Shown here piece by piece: positions 46,492 through 57,342 of a DNA stretch of 64,000 nt; position 1 is the first letter of the stretch; the number at the start of each line of letters is the position of its first letter. Position numbers and translations under genes: made by a program. The DNA comes from an uncultured Myxococcales bacterium (GTDB lineage: Bacteria; Myxococcota_A; UBA9042): contig CALENB010000254.1 in NCBI GenBank assembly GCA_937910235.1, positions 9,690-73,689 on the forward strand, read 5' to 3'. The notes under the pieces were generated by a model, which was given only the letters and a program-made list of their open reading frames with translations, ran no database searches and was not told where the DNA came from.

Positions 46492-47319
46492 CTACTTCTT
46501 CTTACGCCGGCTGACGATCAGGTAGTTGCTGCGCTTGTTTTTACGCGTCTTGGCACCGAGTGTCGGTTTGCCCCAAGGCGTGCAAGGGTGGCGTCCACCC
46601 GAGGTGCGACCTTCGCCACCACCCAGAGGGTGATCGACGGGGTTCATTGCGACGCCACGCACGTGCGGACGGCGACCGAGCCAACGAGTACGTCCGGCCT
46701 TGCCGAGCTTCTCGTTGTTGTGCTTCGCATTGCCGACCTCGCCAATTGTGGCGCGGCATCGGCAGATGACCTTGCGGAGCTCACCACTTGGTAGACGAAG
46801 CAGGGCATGCTTGCCCTCAAGCGCCATGAGCTGGGCTTTGGCTCCCGCGCTGCGGCAGAGCTGTGCGCCGCCACCGACCTTCAGTTCGATGGCGTGAACC
46901 GTCGTACCAACGGGCATGGCCTCAAGCGGCATGGCGTTGCCAGGCTGGATGTCTGCGTTGCGACTGGAGACGACCTCGCTGCCCACGGACAAGCCGTTGG
47001 GAGCCAGGATGTATCGTTTCTCACCGTCGGCGTACGTCAGGAGGGCGATGCGGGCGCTGCGATTCGGATCGTACTCGATCGTCGTCACGCGTGCCGGCAC
47101 GCCGACCTTGTCGCGCTTGAAGTCGATGATTCGGTAGTGTCGTTTGTGTCCACCACCGCGATGGCGGATGGTGATGCGACCGAGGTTGTTGCGTCCGGCC
47201 TGCTTTCGCAGCGGAGCGAGCAACGACTTTTCGGGCGTCGTGCACGTCACTTCGGAAAAATCGGGACCTTGACGGTCGCGCTGCCCTGGTGTCGTTGGAC
47301 GGTATTTACGGATGGACAT
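46492..47319 (-). CDS. rplB: 50S ribosomal protein L2
   Basis: ..[18 protein letters not shown].., ..[17 protein letters not shown].. Confidence 0.95.
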   Translation of the reverse strand: MSIRKYRPTTPGQRDRQGPDFSEVTCTTPEKSLLAPLRKQAGRNNLGRITIRHRGGGHKRHYRIIDFKRDKVGVPARVTTIEYDPNRSARIALLTYADGEKRYILAPNGLSVGSEVVSSRNADIQPGNAMPLEAMPVGTTVHAIELKVGGGAQLCRSAGAKAQLMALEGKHALLRLPSGELRKVICRCRATIGEVGNAKHNNEKLGKAGRTRWLGRRPHVRGVAMNPVDHPLGGGEGRTSGGRHPCTPWGKPTLGAKTRKNKRSNYLIVSRRKKK

Positions 47320-47374
47320 AACTCAGTCTCCCGGGATTTCCGGTGGTAGTCAGCTGCCTTCTACGGCCCTGAAA

Positions 47375-47668
47375 TCAGACGCCCTCGAAAAAATCGATGC
47401 TCTGCCCGCCGCGAAGACGGACGATCGCTTTCTTGTAGTTTGGACGCCTGCCGGTGTACTTGCCGACGCGACGGTTCTTGCCGCGTTGCACCAGGGTGCG
47501 TACGTCGGCGACGTTCACCGCAAACAGCGTCTCGACTGCCTCGCGGATCTGGTTCTTGTTGGCCTGGAGATGGACTTCGAAGACGTACTCATTGTCCGCT
47601 TCGCGGAGAATGTGGTTCTTCTCCGTCATCAGAGGCTTCATCAAGATTTGGGTGGGATGCAGGTTCAT
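47375..47668 (-). CDS. rplW: 50S ribosomal protein L23
   Basis: ..[10 protein letters not shown]......YVFEV...ANK.QIREAVE.LF.V.V..V.T.. Confidence 0.9.
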   Translation of the reverse strand: MNLHPTQILMKPLMTEKNHILREADNEYVFEVHLQANKNQIREAVETLFAVNVADVRTLVQRGKNRRVGKYTGRRPNYKKAIVRLRGGQSIDFFEGV

Positions 47669-47682
47669 GGTTCGACTCTCCC

Positions 47683-48303
47683 TTAACCCAACCGCAGTTC
47701 GAGCGCGCGCGCTGCGTCTGCAGTGAGGACCAACTTCTCGTACTTGAGCACGTCGTAGACGTTGACGCCTTCCGCGCGGATGTACTTCACCTTGTGCAGG
47801 TTACGAATGGACATGTGGACATTGTGATCTTCGACCGGCATCACCACCAGCGCGTTGCTCGCGCCGAGCTGCGCGAGCGTCGCCGCGCCGACCTTCGTCT
47901 TCGGCCCGTCAAATGACAAGGCGTCGAGGACGATGAGGTCTCCGCTGATCGCGCGAGCGCTCAGGGCCGAACGCAGCGCTGCTGCCTTGACCTTCTTTGG
48001 CACCGTGTAGCTGTAGTCGCGCGGCTTGGGGCCGTGCGCTCGACCACCACCAACGAAGATCGGAGCTGTCCGGGCGCCGTGGCGCGCGTTGCCGGTGCCT
48101 TTCTGGCGGTAGATCTTCTTGGTCGAGCCCTTCACTTCTGCGCGGGTCTTCGTCGAGTGTGTGCCTGCGCGCTTGTTGGCGCGCTGCATCTTGACGATTT
48201 CCCAGTGCAGGTGTGGCTTGACCTCGGCGCCAAAGATGGCGTCGGCGAGTTCAATCTCACCGACCTCTTGTGCGCTCTGGTTGTACAATTTGAAGTTGGC
48301 CAT
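47683..48303 (-). CDS. rplD: 50S ribosomal protein L4
   Basis: ..[35 protein letters not shown].. Confidence 0.95.
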   Translation of the reverse strand: MANFKLYNQSAQEVGEIELADAIFGAEVKPHLHWEIVKMQRANKRAGTHSTKTRAEVKGSTKKIYRQKGTGNARHGARTAPIFVGGGRAHGPKPRDYSYTVPKKVKAAALRSALSARAISGDLIVLDALSFDGPKTKVGAATLAQLGASNALVVMPVEDHNVHMSIRNLHKVKYIRAEGVNVYDVLKYEKLVLTADAARALELRLG

Positions 48304-48389
48304 CGTCTTGCCTCCCGATGAGTCGGGTCTTCGATTGGGAATCGGGCCCCCGCGGTGCGGTGCGGTCCCAGCTCTCAGCGTGGTTCTGA

Positions 48390-48695
48390 TTAGGTCTTGA
48401 TCTCGACTGAGACACCTGCAGCCAAGTCGAGGCGCATGAGCGCGTCGAGTGTCTGCTGGGTCGGATCGAGAATGTCGATCAGGCGCTTGTGAGTCCGAAT
48501 CTCGAACTGCTCGCGGCTCTTCTTGTCCACGTGAGGTCCACGCAGCACAGTGTACCGGTTGATACGTGTGGGCAACGGAATGGGCCCCGCGATGCGGGCG
48601 CCGGTGTTGCGCACTGTCGTCATGATTTCTGTCACGGAGGCGTCGAGCAGCTTGTGGTCGTAGGCCTTCAGTCGAATTCGAATGCGGGTTGCCAT
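48390..48695 (-). CDS. rpsJ: 30S ribosomal protein S10
   Basis: ..[53 protein letters not shown].. Confidence 0.95.
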   Translation of the reverse strand: MATRIRIRLKAYDHKLLDASVTEIMTTVRNTGARIAGPIPLPTRINRYTVLRGPHVDKKSREQFEIRTHKRLIDILDPTQQTLDALMRLDLAAGVSVEIKT

Positions 48696-48718
48696 GATAT
48701 TCCTCTTGCTGGTTGGGC

Positions 48719-50800
48719 TCAGCGTGCCTGGCTCTTCACCACCTGCTCGGCGATGTTGTTTGGCGCGGGCGCGTAGTGCGCAAACTGCATCGTGTAGGTG
48801 GCTCGTCCCTGCGACATGGAGCGCAGGTCAGTGGCGTAGCCGAAGGTCTCGCCAAGGGCAACTTCGCCGCTGATGACTTTGGATCCGGCGCGGTCATCCA
48901 GGTTCTGGATTCGGCCACGGCGGCGGTTGAGGTCGCCGATGACGTCACCCATGTACTCTTCGGGCGTGACACATTCGATGGAGAAGATGGGCTCCAGCAG
49001 GACAGGCTTGCCTTTGCGCATGCCCTCTTTGAAGGCCATCGAAGCGGCTGTTCGGAACGCCATCTCGCTCGAGTCGACGTCGTGGTAGCTGCCGAAGTTC
49101 AGCGTCGCCTTGAGGTCGACGACCGGGAATCCGGCGAGCACGCCAGCGTTCATCGCGTCCTGAATGCCCTTGTTCACGGCCGGGATGTACTCGCGCGGGA
49201 TGACGCCGCCCTTGATCTCATCGACGAACTCGTAGCCGAAGCCCGGCTCCTGTGGCTCCAACTTCAGCACAACGTGGGCGTACTGGCCGCGGCCACCGGT
49301 CTGCTTGCTGAACTTGTAGTTGACTTCATAGGGCTCGCGCATGGTCTCGCGGTAGGCCACCTGCGGTGCGCCGACCTGAGCGCTCACGTTGAATTCACGC
49401 TTGAGTCGGTCGACGATGACCTCAAGGTGGAGCTCGCCCATGCCCGAGATGATGGTCTGTCCCGTCTCTTCGTTCGAGGTCACCGTGAACGAGGGATCCT
49501 CGCGGCTCAGCTTGCCGAGGCCGTTGCCGAGCTTGGTCTCTTCGGTCTTGTTGTCGGGCTCGATGGCGACGCTGATCACGGGGTCGGGGAAGTTCATCGA
49601 CTCGAGGACGATGGGGTCCTTGCGGTCACAGAGGGTGTGTCCGGTGATCGTGTCTTTGAGGCCCGCGACCGCGACGATGTCGCCGGCGAAGACCTCTTTG
49701 ATGTCTTCGCGCTTGTCGGCGTGCATCTTCATGATGCGGCCGATTCGCTCTTTCTTGCCGTTGTTGGAGTTGATGACTGAATCACCCACCACCGCGGAGC
49801 CTGAGTAGACACGGATGTAGGTCAAGTGACCGACGAACGGGTCGCTCCAGATTTTGAAGGCGAGCGCTGAGAAGGGCGCATCGTCCGATGCTGGGCGCGT
49901 GAGCTTGATGTCTTCGTTGTTGGGATCGAAGCCTTCGAGCGGCGGCACGTCAAGCGGTGACGGGAGCAGTCCGACGACGGCGTCGAGGAGCTCCTGCACG
50001 CCCTTGTTCTTAAACGCAGAGCCGCAGAACATGGGGATGATGTCGAGCTTGAGCGTCGCGGTGCGAAGCGCGCTGTAGACCTCTTGCGGCGAGAGCTCTT
50101 CGCCCTCAAGGTACCGGCCCATCAGGTCGTCGTCTTGCTCGGCGGCAGCCTCGAAGAGTTCGATGCGGTGCTGCGCGACGAGCTCAAGCATGTCGCCTGG
50201 AACGGCTTCAATGCGGAACTCTGCACCCTGGCTATCTTCGTCGTAGATCACAGCGTGGTTGTTGATGAGGTCGACGACGCCGCGGAACGAATCGTACGAT
50301 CCGATCGGCAGCTGCATCGGCACGGGCCGCGCGCCAAGACGTGTGCGAATCTGCCCAACGACGTTGAGGAAGTCGGCACCAATGCGGTCCATCTTGTTGA
50401 CGAAGCCGATGCGCGGGACCTTGTAGGTGTTGGCTTGGCGCCACACGGTCTCGGACTGCGGCTCGACGCCACCGACTGCACAGAACACAGCGACGGCGCC
50501 GTCGAGGACGCGCAGCGAGCGCTCGACCTCGACGGTGAAGTCAACGTGGCCGGGCGTGTCGATGATGTTAATCGTCGTGCCCTTCCAGGTGCACTGCGTG
50601 GCTGCGGAGGTGATCGTGATGCCACGCTCCTGCTCCTGCTCCATGAAGTCCATGGTGGCGGCGCCGTCGTGCACCTCGCCGATCTTGTGAGAACGGCCGG
50701 TGTAGTAGAGCACCCGCTCAGTCGTCGTCGTCTTACCGGCGTCGATGTGCGCCATGATGCCGATATTGCGCATCGTCTTAAGCGGTATCGTGCGTGCCAC
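48719..50800 (-). CDS. fusA: translation elongation factor G
   Basis: ..[25 protein letters not shown].., ..[13 protein letters not shown].., ..FVNKMDR... 693 aa. GTG start after GGAG. Confidence 0.95.
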   Translation of the reverse strand: MARTIPLKTMRNIGIMAHIDAGKTTTTERVLYYTGRSHKIGEVHDGAATMDFMEQEQERGITITSAATQCTWKGTTINIIDTPGHVDFTVEVERSLRVLDGAVAVFCAVGGVEPQSETVWRQANTYKVPRIGFVNKMDRIGADFLNVVGQIRTRLGARPVPMQLPIGSYDSFRGVVDLINNHAVIYDEDSQGAEFRIEAVPGDMLELVAQHRIELFEAAAEQDDDLMGRYLEGEELSPQEVYSALRTATLKLDIIPMFCGSAFKNKGVQELLDAVVGLLPSPLDVPPLEGFDPNNEDIKLTRPASDDAPFSALAFKIWSDPFVGHLTYIRVYSGSAVVGDSVINSNNGKKERIGRIMKMHADKREDIKEVFAGDIVAVAGLKDTITGHTLCDRKDPIVLESMNFPDPVISVAIEPDNKTEETKLGNGLGKLSREDPSFTVTSNEETGQTIISGMGELHLEVIVDRLKREFNVSAQVGAPQVAYRETMREPYEVNYKFSKQTGGRGQYAHVVLKLEPQEPGFGYEFVDEIKGGVIPREYIPAVNKGIQDAMNAGVLAGFPVVDLKATLNFGSYHDVDSSEMAFRTAASMAFKEGMRKGKPVLLEPIFSIECVTPEEYMGDVIGDLNRRRGRIQNLDDRAGSKVISGEVALGETFGYATDLRSMSQGRATYTMQFAHYAPAPNNIAEQVVKSQAR

Positions 50801-50949
50801 TTGGGACTCCAGGGTGGGGCGATGTGCCCCGGGGACTTCGGGTTCGTCCGTGCCAGCTTTGGCACGTCGTCTCCCGTCGACTCAACGTGGGGCGGGCCCA
50901 GAGGAGGGTCCGCGCGGGAGAGTTGGTTATTCGGTCGTGGTCGTCGCGC

Positions 50950-51420
50950 CTACCAGCGGTAGTGTGCGAACGCCTTGTTGGCCTCAGCCATGCGATGCGT
51001 ATCTTCGCGGCGCTTCACGGCGGTGCCGCGGTTCATTGCGGCGTCGAGAATCTCGTTCGCGAACTTCTCCGCCATGCCTTTCTCGCCGCGCTTGCGTGCG
51101 AATCCGATGATCCAGCGGAGAGCCAGGGCGTTGCGGCGCTCTGGGCGGACCTCAACGGGGACCTGGTAGGTCGAGCCACCGACGCGGCGCGACTTCACTT
51201 CGACGGACGGTCGCACGTTTTCAAGGGCCCGGTGCAAGACGCGGACCGGATCCTCTTTGGCGCGCTGCTCAACCTTGTCGAGGGCCTCATAGATGAGACG
51301 CTCTGCGGTCGACTTCTTGCCGTCGAGCATGAGGCAGTTGGTGAATTTCGTCACAAGCCGATCACCATACTTGGGATCAGGAAGGACGGGTCGTTTCGGT
51401 ACTTGGCGGCGACGTGGCAT
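50950..51420 (-). CDS. rpsG: 30S ribosomal protein S7
   Basis: [39 protein letters not shown].. Confidence 0.95.
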   Translation of the reverse strand: MPRRRQVPKRPVLPDPKYGDRLVTKFTNCLMLDGKKSTAERLIYEALDKVEQRAKEDPVRVLHRALENVRPSVEVKSRRVGGSTYQVPVEVRPERRNALALRWIIGFARKRGEKGMAEKFANEILDAAMNRGTAVKRREDTHRMAEANKAFAHYRW

Positions 51421-51482
51421 GTCGGACTCCTGATCGGGTCGCGTGGGACCCTATTCGGCGGTGCGCTGTGGGCGCAGCTCTC

Positions 51483-51860
51483 CTACTGCTGCTTCGGCTT
51501 CTTGGTGCCGTACTTGCTGCGGCTGCGGTTACGTCCAGCAACGCCCGTGGCATCAAGCGTGCCGCGGATGATGTGGTAGCGAACGCCCGGGAGGTCCTTC
51601 ACACGACCACCGCGGATCAACACGATGCTGTGCTCCTGGAGGTTGTGACCAACGCCCGGGATGTACGACGTGACCTCGATACCGTTCGACAGGCGCACAC
51701 GTGCGACCTTACGGAGGGCCGAGTTCGGCTTCTTCGGCGTCGTTGTGTAGACGCGCGTGCAGACGCCTCGCTTCTGCGGGCAGCTCTGCAGGGCCGGGGC
51801 CGTGCTCTTCTTGCGCTTTGCCTGGCGGCGGTTGCGAACCAGCTGATTGATTGTCGGCAT
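51483..51860 (-). CDS. rpsL: 30S ribosomal protein S12
   Basis: [46 protein letters not shown].. Confidence 0.95.
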   Translation of the reverse strand: MPTINQLVRNRRQAKRKKSTAPALQSCPQKRGVCTRVYTTTPKKPNSALRKVARVRLSNGIEVTSYIPGVGHNLQEHSIVLIRGGRVKDLPGVRYHIIRGTLDATGVAGRNRSRSKYGTKKPKQQ

Positions 51861-52173
51861 CTTTAAACCTTCTCCAAATCTCTTGCGCCCGCTGTGGGCG
51901 CTCTGCCGGCTGCAGGGTCAGCTCGTGTTGCCGGCAGCGTGGCTGCGCGTCTAGCCGAGGTGGCCCTGCAATTCTAGCTGCGGCGAATCCGAATCCCGGG
52001 TCCGTTCGCGTGCCAACCCAACACCGCGTGGGTCAACCCGCGGCCGGCAGTATGCTCTGTGAGCACTGACCGACCAGCACGATCCAACCCGAGCATTTGG
52101 CCAGTGGCCATGAGAGGTGACCCTCTCTGCTTCGGCGGGATGCAGCGACCTAGTGGTCTGCTGCGGGGCGCGC

Positions 52174-52202
52174 GTTATCTTCGATGCACAGCCCCATGTC
52201 AA
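52174..52202 (-). promoter_or_regulatory. candidate sigma70-like promoter upstream of rpsL
   Basis: On the minus strand: TTGACA (52202-52197), 17 nt, GATAAC (52179-52174). This would give a leader of roughly 300 nt. It rests on hexamer match only. Confidence 0.3.
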
Positions 52203-52401
52203 GGAGAAAACGCTGCACATGAGACAGGTAGGCAAGCCCTGCGGGGTCGATTGTGCCGATTTATCGGGCGGCCGAGGCATGCAGTCACCGTCAAATGGTT
52301 CAGAAACAAGTAGTTGCGGCGACTTTGGCCGCGGTTGTTTAGGCCGTCGGAGGACGCACAGGACGTCGATCTCGCCGATCGCCTGCGTGATTCTCACTCT
52401 C

Positions 52402-53361
52402 CTAGGTGCGATCGTCGGCGTCGACTTCACTTGCGACTGCGGGGGCGAAAACACGCATCAGGCGGCGAAAACCAAAGCGCTCGAACCGGGTGTAGAGCAG
52501 GTCGCGTTGCGGTGCGGTGGGCGCGAGCGCGCTGAGGGACGCTGGCAGTGGTGCGTCGCGCACCAGGTCAACTAGGCGGCGTGACAACCGCGCTGAGGGT
52601 TCGCCTTCCAACAGCAACCGCTGGGTGCGCGGCGAACCGCTGTCCGCGACGTTGGCGTAGATGCCGTCCAAGCTACCCCAACGTCTAAGCAAGCCGACGG
52701 CGCCCTTGACGCCGATCCCTGGCACGCCGGGGATGTTGTCGACCTTGTCGCCCATGATCGCGAGCAGATCGCCGATGAGCGCCGGGGGGACGCCCCACTT
52801 TCCCTCGACGGCGGCCTCGTCGTAGAGCACGTCGGAGCCAGGCACCAGCTGTTGTGCTCGGCCACCCGCTGGGGCTTCGTCGACGACGAGCTGCATGAGG
52901 TCTTTGTCGCCGCTCACGATGACGACATTGTACCCCTCAGCAAGGGCGTGTGTGGCGTAGGTCGCGATGAGGTCGTCCGCCTCCAACCGCGTGTCGTCCA
53001 GCGCTAGCACACCGAGTTCCTGCGTAACCTCCAAGGCGTGGGGCCACTGGGCAGAGAGGTCTGGCGGCGTTGCCGGGCGGTTCGCCTTGTAGTTCGGATC
53101 GATGTCGCGCCGGAAGCCACCTGCGGTCGCGTCAAAGCACACCAGCGCCGCGGCGGGGTTCCAGGTCTCCAGGAGCCGCATCAGCGTGGCTGTGTAGCCA
53201 TACAGCGCGCCGGAGGCCGTTCCATCTGGCGCGGTCAGGTTGCGGATGGCGAAGTGAGCGCGAAACAGAGCGTGGGAGCCGTCGAGCAGCAGCAGGAGCG
53301 GCCGAGCGTCGGCTTGGCGGTCGTCGAGCCCGCTGTGCGAGGCGTTGGGATCGTGTGGCAT
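52402..53361 (-). CDS. stand-alone 5'-3' exonuclease / flap endonuclease (Pol I N-terminal domain family)
   Basis: ..LLLLDGSHALFRAHFA.., ..LVCFDATAGGFRRDIDPNYKANR.., ..EADDLIATYA..VVIVSGDKDLMQLV.., H3TH ..GDKVDNIPGVPGIGVKGA... No polymerase domain follows. Confidence 0.85.
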   Translation of the reverse strand: MPHDPNASHSGLDDRQADARPLLLLLDGSHALFRAHFAIRNLTAPDGTASGALYGYTATLMRLLETWNPAAALVCFDATAGGFRRDIDPNYKANRPATPPDLSAQWPHALEVTQELGVLALDDTRLEADDLIATYATHALAEGYNVVIVSGDKDLMQLVVDEAPAGGRAQQLVPGSDVLYDEAAVEGKWGVPPALIGDLLAIMGDKVDNIPGVPGIGVKGAVGLLRRWGSLDGIYANVADSGSPRTQRLLLEGEPSARLSRRLVDLVRDAPLPASLSALAPTAPQRDLLYTRFERFGFRRLMRVFAPAVASEVDADDRT

Positions 53362-53501
53362 GGGTACCTCCTGGGGCGATGGTCGCGACGGTGAACCGCT
53401 CGCGGTGGTCCGCTCGACTGTCAGCGGCGCCGCCGCCTTCCCTGCGGCGGGGTGGGGGCCTGTCGGGAGGCCGCGCTAACAAGACTGCGTCGCCCAACAC
53501 G

Positions 53502-54140
53502 CTACCGCGCCAACAAGACGACGTGGCGTTCTGGCGGCGGCGATCCGAGATCGAGGACCGGGGTGGCCGCGACCGGCCAGCCCAAAGCGGCGAGAAAATC
53601 GCTGACGGGGGCTAGGGGCAGATCGATGGCCGGATCGGCGCCGTGCATGGGGACAACCCAGCGTGGCTCCACCGCTCGAGTGAAGGCGGCGGCGCCGGCG
53701 CCGTCGAGCGTGTAGGTGCCGCCAACTGGGACCAGCAACACGTCCACGCCGCGGAGCCAGGCGACGTCTGCGGCCGAGAATCCGGCCAAATCGCCAGCGT
53801 GGACGACGCGGTGGGCGCCGTCGTCCACGCTGGCCATGCGCACCCAACCCATCTGGCGGCCGTCGACCGCGTCGTGGGGGACACCACGAAATCTCACGTC
53901 GTAGGGGCCAACGCTGCCGTCGGCATCAATCATGCGATCGGTTCCGAGGCTCGGCCGCCAGGCGCAGTGGTCTTCGTGGCGGTGCGTGATCAGCACGGCG
54001 TCGAACGGACCCTGAATCTCTGGCAACGCGAAGCGCCCGCCGAGCACCCCAGGGGCGTGCGGGTCAAGGCACAGATGCCCGTCGAGTGCGCCCGGGAGGT
54101 TGATGGAGAAGGCGGCGTGGCCCAGCCAACGCACGATCAT
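53502..54140 (-). CDS. MBL-fold metal-dependent hydrolase
   Basis: MIVRWLGHAAFSI.., ..DAVLITHRHEDHC.., ..HAGD... The ATG at 54140 overlaps the hpt stop (ATGA). Confidence 0.75.
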   Translation of the reverse strand: MIVRWLGHAAFSINLPGALDGHLCLDPHAPGVLGGRFALPEIQGPFDAVLITHRHEDHCAWRPSLGTDRMIDADGSVGPYDVRFRGVPHDAVDGRQMGWVRMASVDDGAHRVVHAGDLAGFSAADVAWLRGVDVLLVPVGGTYTLDGAGAAAFTRAVEPRWVVPMHGADPAIDLPLAPVSDFLAALGWPVAATPVLDLGSPPPERHVVLLAR

Positions 54141-54682
54141 GCGGGGTCCGCGTCGTCGAAGTGCATCACGCCGATAAACGGTACGTCGCGGTATCGCTGC
54201 TGAAAGTCCAACCCGAAGCCGACCACAAAGACATCGTCGATCGTGAAGCCGCAGTAGTCGATCGGCACCTTGATCTCCTCGCGTGCGGGCTTGTGCAGCA
54301 ACGTGCACACCCGAAGGCTGCGAGGCCGGCGGGCCCGAAGCAGGTTGAGCAAGTAGTCCATGGTGAGGCCGGTGTCCACGATGTCCTCGACCAGCACGAC
54401 GTCTCGGTCGGCGATGTCGATCGTCAGATCGTGCGTGAGGCGCACCGCGCCCGTCGATTTGGTGCCGCCGTGATAGGACGAGACAGCAAGAAACGCGCAG
54501 TTCGTGGGCGTGGTGACAGCTCTGAGCAGGTCCGCATAGAACATGATGGAACCCTTCAGCACGCAGACAAACACCGTCGGCTCCACCGGGTCGAGGTCTC
54601 TGCTCAGCTCGGCGCCAATCTCCGCGATCCGCGTCCCAATCGCCTCTGCGCTCAAGTACGGCTCGACGCGTTCAATGGCCAT
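54137..54682 (-). CDS. hpt: hypoxanthine phosphoribosyltransferase
   Basis: ..FVCVLKGSIMFYADLLR.., PRPP loop ..VVLVEDIVDTGLTM.., ..VGFGLDF.QRYR..P.IG.. Confidence 0.9.
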   Translation of the reverse strand: MAIERVEPYLSAEAIGTRIAEIGAELSRDLDPVEPTVFVCVLKGSIMFYADLLRAVTTPTNCAFLAVSSYHGGTKSTGAVRLTHDLTIDIADRDVVLVEDIVDTGLTMDYLLNLLRARRPRSLRVCTLLHKPAREEIKVPIDYCGFTIDDVFVVGFGLDFQQRYRDVPFIGVMHFDDADPA

Positions 54683-54709
54683 GCAGCCTCCTTCCCGTGC
54701 CCTGGCGCT

Positions 54710-55528
54710 TCAAGTCAGCGCGTTGTTCATCACTTCACCCATGCCGCCGGCTCCCGGCACGATATACTGGGTCTCCGTGAGACCGCACTCTTCGTCGGGC
54801 AGCTCGCCCGGGCACGCCGCCAGCGCTGCGTCGCTGCTGAGGCCGCGATCGAGCCGATAAGCGTACACGCTCACCCCGTCAGGAAACGTAGTCGTGAGCT
54901 TTCGAATGAACTCAGGCGTGACGATGAGGTTCAGCGCAAAGCAGTGCCGCGGGGTGCCGTCGAGACCGTCCCGGTAGTAGGAGATCGCCTCTGTGAGCGA
55001 TCCGCCCGTCGCGCCCATCGGGTCCGGGAACAGCACGAAGCGGTCTGCGACGGGGCCAGCGATCTTGCGGCCGTGGGTCGCGGCGCCGGTGACTTGGTCG
55101 GCGGCGTTGGTGGTGCGATTCATGAGGATGTGATCTTGGCGCACGGTACCTGGCGCGAGGATCTCGCTGAGCGCCTCGAAACACACCATCGAAGGCAGGA
55201 TGCCGGCCCGGGCGATGTCGACGGACGTGGCCAAGATGTCCGGATCGATGATGTCGCCCTCGTAGTAGCCACGGTCAGTGAGAGGTAACATGCGCGTCTC
55301 GGTGCGAACCCGCTTGCGAGGGAACGATCGGTTGATCACCTCACGGACCAAGCCGCGGTAGAGCAGCGTGACGATGCGATTGACCTCTGGCTGCACGCAG
55401 CTCGGGTGGCTCAGGCGCGCCAGCCACGTCAGCGCCAGCGGATCGGCGATGAGATGCACCTGAGGGCCGTACTGATGCACCAGCTCCCCATCTTTGGACT
55501 GGATGTCGAAGTAGCAACGTTCGCCCAT
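54710..55528 (-). CDS. uracil phosphoribosyltransferase family protein (long form)
   Basis: ..VDIARAGILP.., ..FVLFPDPMGATGGSL.. (cf. Upp DPMLATGGS), ..YIVPGAGGMGEV... ATG at 55528 after GGGAGG. Confidence 0.75.
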   Translation of the reverse strand: MGERCYFDIQSKDGELVHQYGPQVHLIADPLALTWLARLSHPSCVQPEVNRIVTLLYRGLVREVINRSFPRKRVRTETRMLPLTDRGYYEGDIIDPDILATSVDIARAGILPSMVCFEALSEILAPGTVRQDHILMNRTTNAADQVTGAATHGRKIAGPVADRFVLFPDPMGATGGSLTEAISYYRDGLDGTPRHCFALNLIVTPEFIRKLTTTFPDGVSVYAYRLDRGLSSDAALAACPGELPDEECGLTETQYIVPGAGGMGEVMNNALT

Positions 55529-55609
55529 GGCCGCCTCCCGCGCGTTGTGTCTGTGGCTATGCCCGCGGCGCCTTCCAGTCAAGGGTCGCCGGGCGATCGC
55601 GCCCATCGC

Positions 55610-56416
55610 TCAGCCGGACTTGGGCGGCCGGGGTCCAAAAACAGCGGTACCGATGCGCACGTGGGTGGCGCCGGCGGCGATCGCGGCGGGGAAATCTGTC
55701 GACATCCCCATGGAGAGCACGGCCAGATCGCTCCCGTGCAATGTGAGCGCGGGGCCGTGCTGCGCGCGCAGTCGGGTCTGCCAACTCGCGAGCCTGGCAA
55801 ACCACGGCGCGGGGTCGTCTTCAGCCGGGGGGAGCGTCATCAGTCCGCACCAACGCACCCCGGGCGACCGCAGCAACACGTCCGCGAAGACAGGCACGTC
55901 TGCCTCCTTGCAGCCCCGTTTACTCGGCTCGGAGGCCAGGTTGATCTGCAGCAGCACGTCTTGTCTGACGCCAAGCGCCCAAGCCCGACGGGTCAATTCG
56001 TCGAGGCCAACCATGTCGTCGACCGCATGATGAACGGCGACTTGGCCGACGACCCACTTCATCTTGTTGCGTTGCAGGTGACCGATGAAATGCCAGCGCA
56101 GATCCGTCAGATCCTGCAGCGCGGCGCGTTTGTCACGGAACTCGGCGGCGTAGCTCTCGCCAAAATCCCGCTGCCCAGCCGCGTACGCGGCACGAACCGC
56201 CGCGGCCGGATGGTTTTTACTCACGGCGATGAGCGTGACGGTGTCAGGGCCTCGGCCAGCCGCACGGCACGCGTCGGCGACCTGCTGACGAACCTCACCA
56301 AGGCGCGCCGCGAGACCGGGATGGTCCACGGCGGCGCCCAACACGGCTGCATCGGTGTGGAGAAGCGGGGGCGGCGGCGGGACCATGGCCGAGTCGGCGT
56401 CGTGCGTGGCGCTCAC
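55610..56416 (-). CDS. yggS: YggS family pyridoxal-phosphate homeostasis protein
   Basis: ..VTLIAVSKNHPAAAVRAAYAAGQRDFGESY.., ..WHFIGHLQRNK.., ..LSMGMSTDFPAAIAAGATHVRIGTAVFG... The GTG start overlaps the upstream stop (GTGA). Confidence 0.9.
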   Translation of the reverse strand: MSATHDADSAMVPPPPPLLHTDAAVLGAAVDHPGLAARLGEVRQQVADACRAAGRGPDTVTLIAVSKNHPAAAVRAAYAAGQRDFGESYAAEFRDKRAALQDLTDLRWHFIGHLQRNKMKWVVGQVAVHHAVDDMVGLDELTRRAWALGVRQDVLLQINLASEPSKRGCKEADVPVFADVLLRSPGVRWCGLMTLPPAEDDPAPWFARLASWQTRLRAQHGPALTLHGSDLAVLSMGMSTDFPAAIAAGATHVRIGTAVFGPRPPKSG

Positions 56417-57342
56417 AGCTTGGCGAGCTCGGCCTCAGCCGCGGCGATGAAGCGCTTCTCGCCCTTGTTGCCACGCGCGATCTTCAGGTAGCTCTCAAAG
56501 GCCGCCTTGGCCGCCGCCTTGTCGCCCTTATCCCGCAACGCGAAGGCCAGATTGTAGCGAGCGGGGGTGTAGGTGCGCTTGAGCAAGACGGCCTTCTGAT
56601 ATGCGGCGATCTCCGACCCATAGTCCTTGAGGCGATGGTGCACGACGCCGATGTTGTACCAAGCGCGGTGGTGCTTCGGCGCGTGGTGGATGCACTTGTA
56701 ATAGGTGCGAACCGCCGCCCGGAGCCCCTGCGTCCGGGCCGGCTCTTCGAGCTTGTCGGCCTTGATCTCCTGCGCCTGAGCCAGATCGAACCAGGCCTCT
56801 GGGTTGTCGGGCTTGACCTTGATCGCCGCCTCAAACGCGATGATCGCGGCGTCGACCTTGCCTTCTCGCAACAGCAACATCGCGCGATTGAGGCGCGCAT
56901 CTTGGGCCTCTGGATCAGCAGCGATGGCGCGTTCGTAGTGCGCTAGCGCCGCAGTGGTCTTGCCCAGGTCTTCGAGCACCACGCCGAGGTTAAACTGGGC
57001 CTTCGCGTAGTTCGGATCGAGCTTCACGGCCTCGGCGTAGGCGTTGGCCTCCTGGGGAAAGGCGCGCTTGCGCCCATAGGCCAGCCCGAGATTGTACCAG
57101 CACTCCTTGAGGTCAGGCTTGAGTTGCACGCACCGCTGAAAGCTCCGCACAGCCTCCGTGGTCTCGCCTGCGCCCAGCTGGGAGACCCCCTCGCGAAAAG
57201 CGTCCTCGGCGGTCTGACCGCGCTTGGGTGCGTCTGCGGCCCACGCGGGCGAGACGGGGAAGCTGGGCAGCGCCAGCAGGCTCACGATCAACAGCGCTCG
57301 TGCGTGGGCGCCGGTCGCTTTGGTGGGCTGGAATCTGCGCAT
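56413..57342 (-). CDS. secreted TPR-repeat protein
   Basis: MRRFQPTKATGAHARALLIVSLLALPSFPVSPAWAA is a signal peptide. Repeated 34-aa TPR units (..WYNLGLAY.., ..AQFNLGVVL.., ..AWFDLAQA.., ..AWYNIGVVH.., ..ARYNLAFAL..). Confidence 0.8.
   Translation of the reverse strand: MRRFQPTKATGAHARALLIVSLLALPSFPVSPAWAADAPKRGQTAEDAFREGVSQLGAGETTEAVRSFQRCVQLKPDLKECWYNLGLAYGRKRAFPQEANAYAEAVKLDPNYAKAQFNLGVVLEDLGKTTAALAHYERAIAADPEAQDARLNRAMLLLREGKVDAAIIAFEAAIKVKPDNPEAWFDLAQAQEIKADKLEEPARTQGLRAAVRTYYKCIHHAPKHHRAWYNIGVVHHRLKDYGSEIAAYQKAVLLKRTYTPARYNLAFALRDKGDKAAAKAAFESYLKIARGNKGEKRFIAAAEAELAKL

Noticed and set aside
48713-49780. 355-aa plus-strand ORF
   Set aside because: It lies entirely antisense to fusA, whose EF-G identity is unambiguous.
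51951-52575. ORFs 51951..52454 (-) and 52117..52575 (+) upstream of rpsL
   Set aside because: They have no protein-like composition or motifs, mutually overlap and partly overlap the exonuclease gene. The region is treated as non-coding leader/promoter.
53362-53501. 140-nt gap between the MBL-hydrolase and exonuclease genes, checked for a small RNA, tRNA or terminator
   Set aside because: I could see no cloverleaf-compatible sequence and no strong hairpin with a T-tract.
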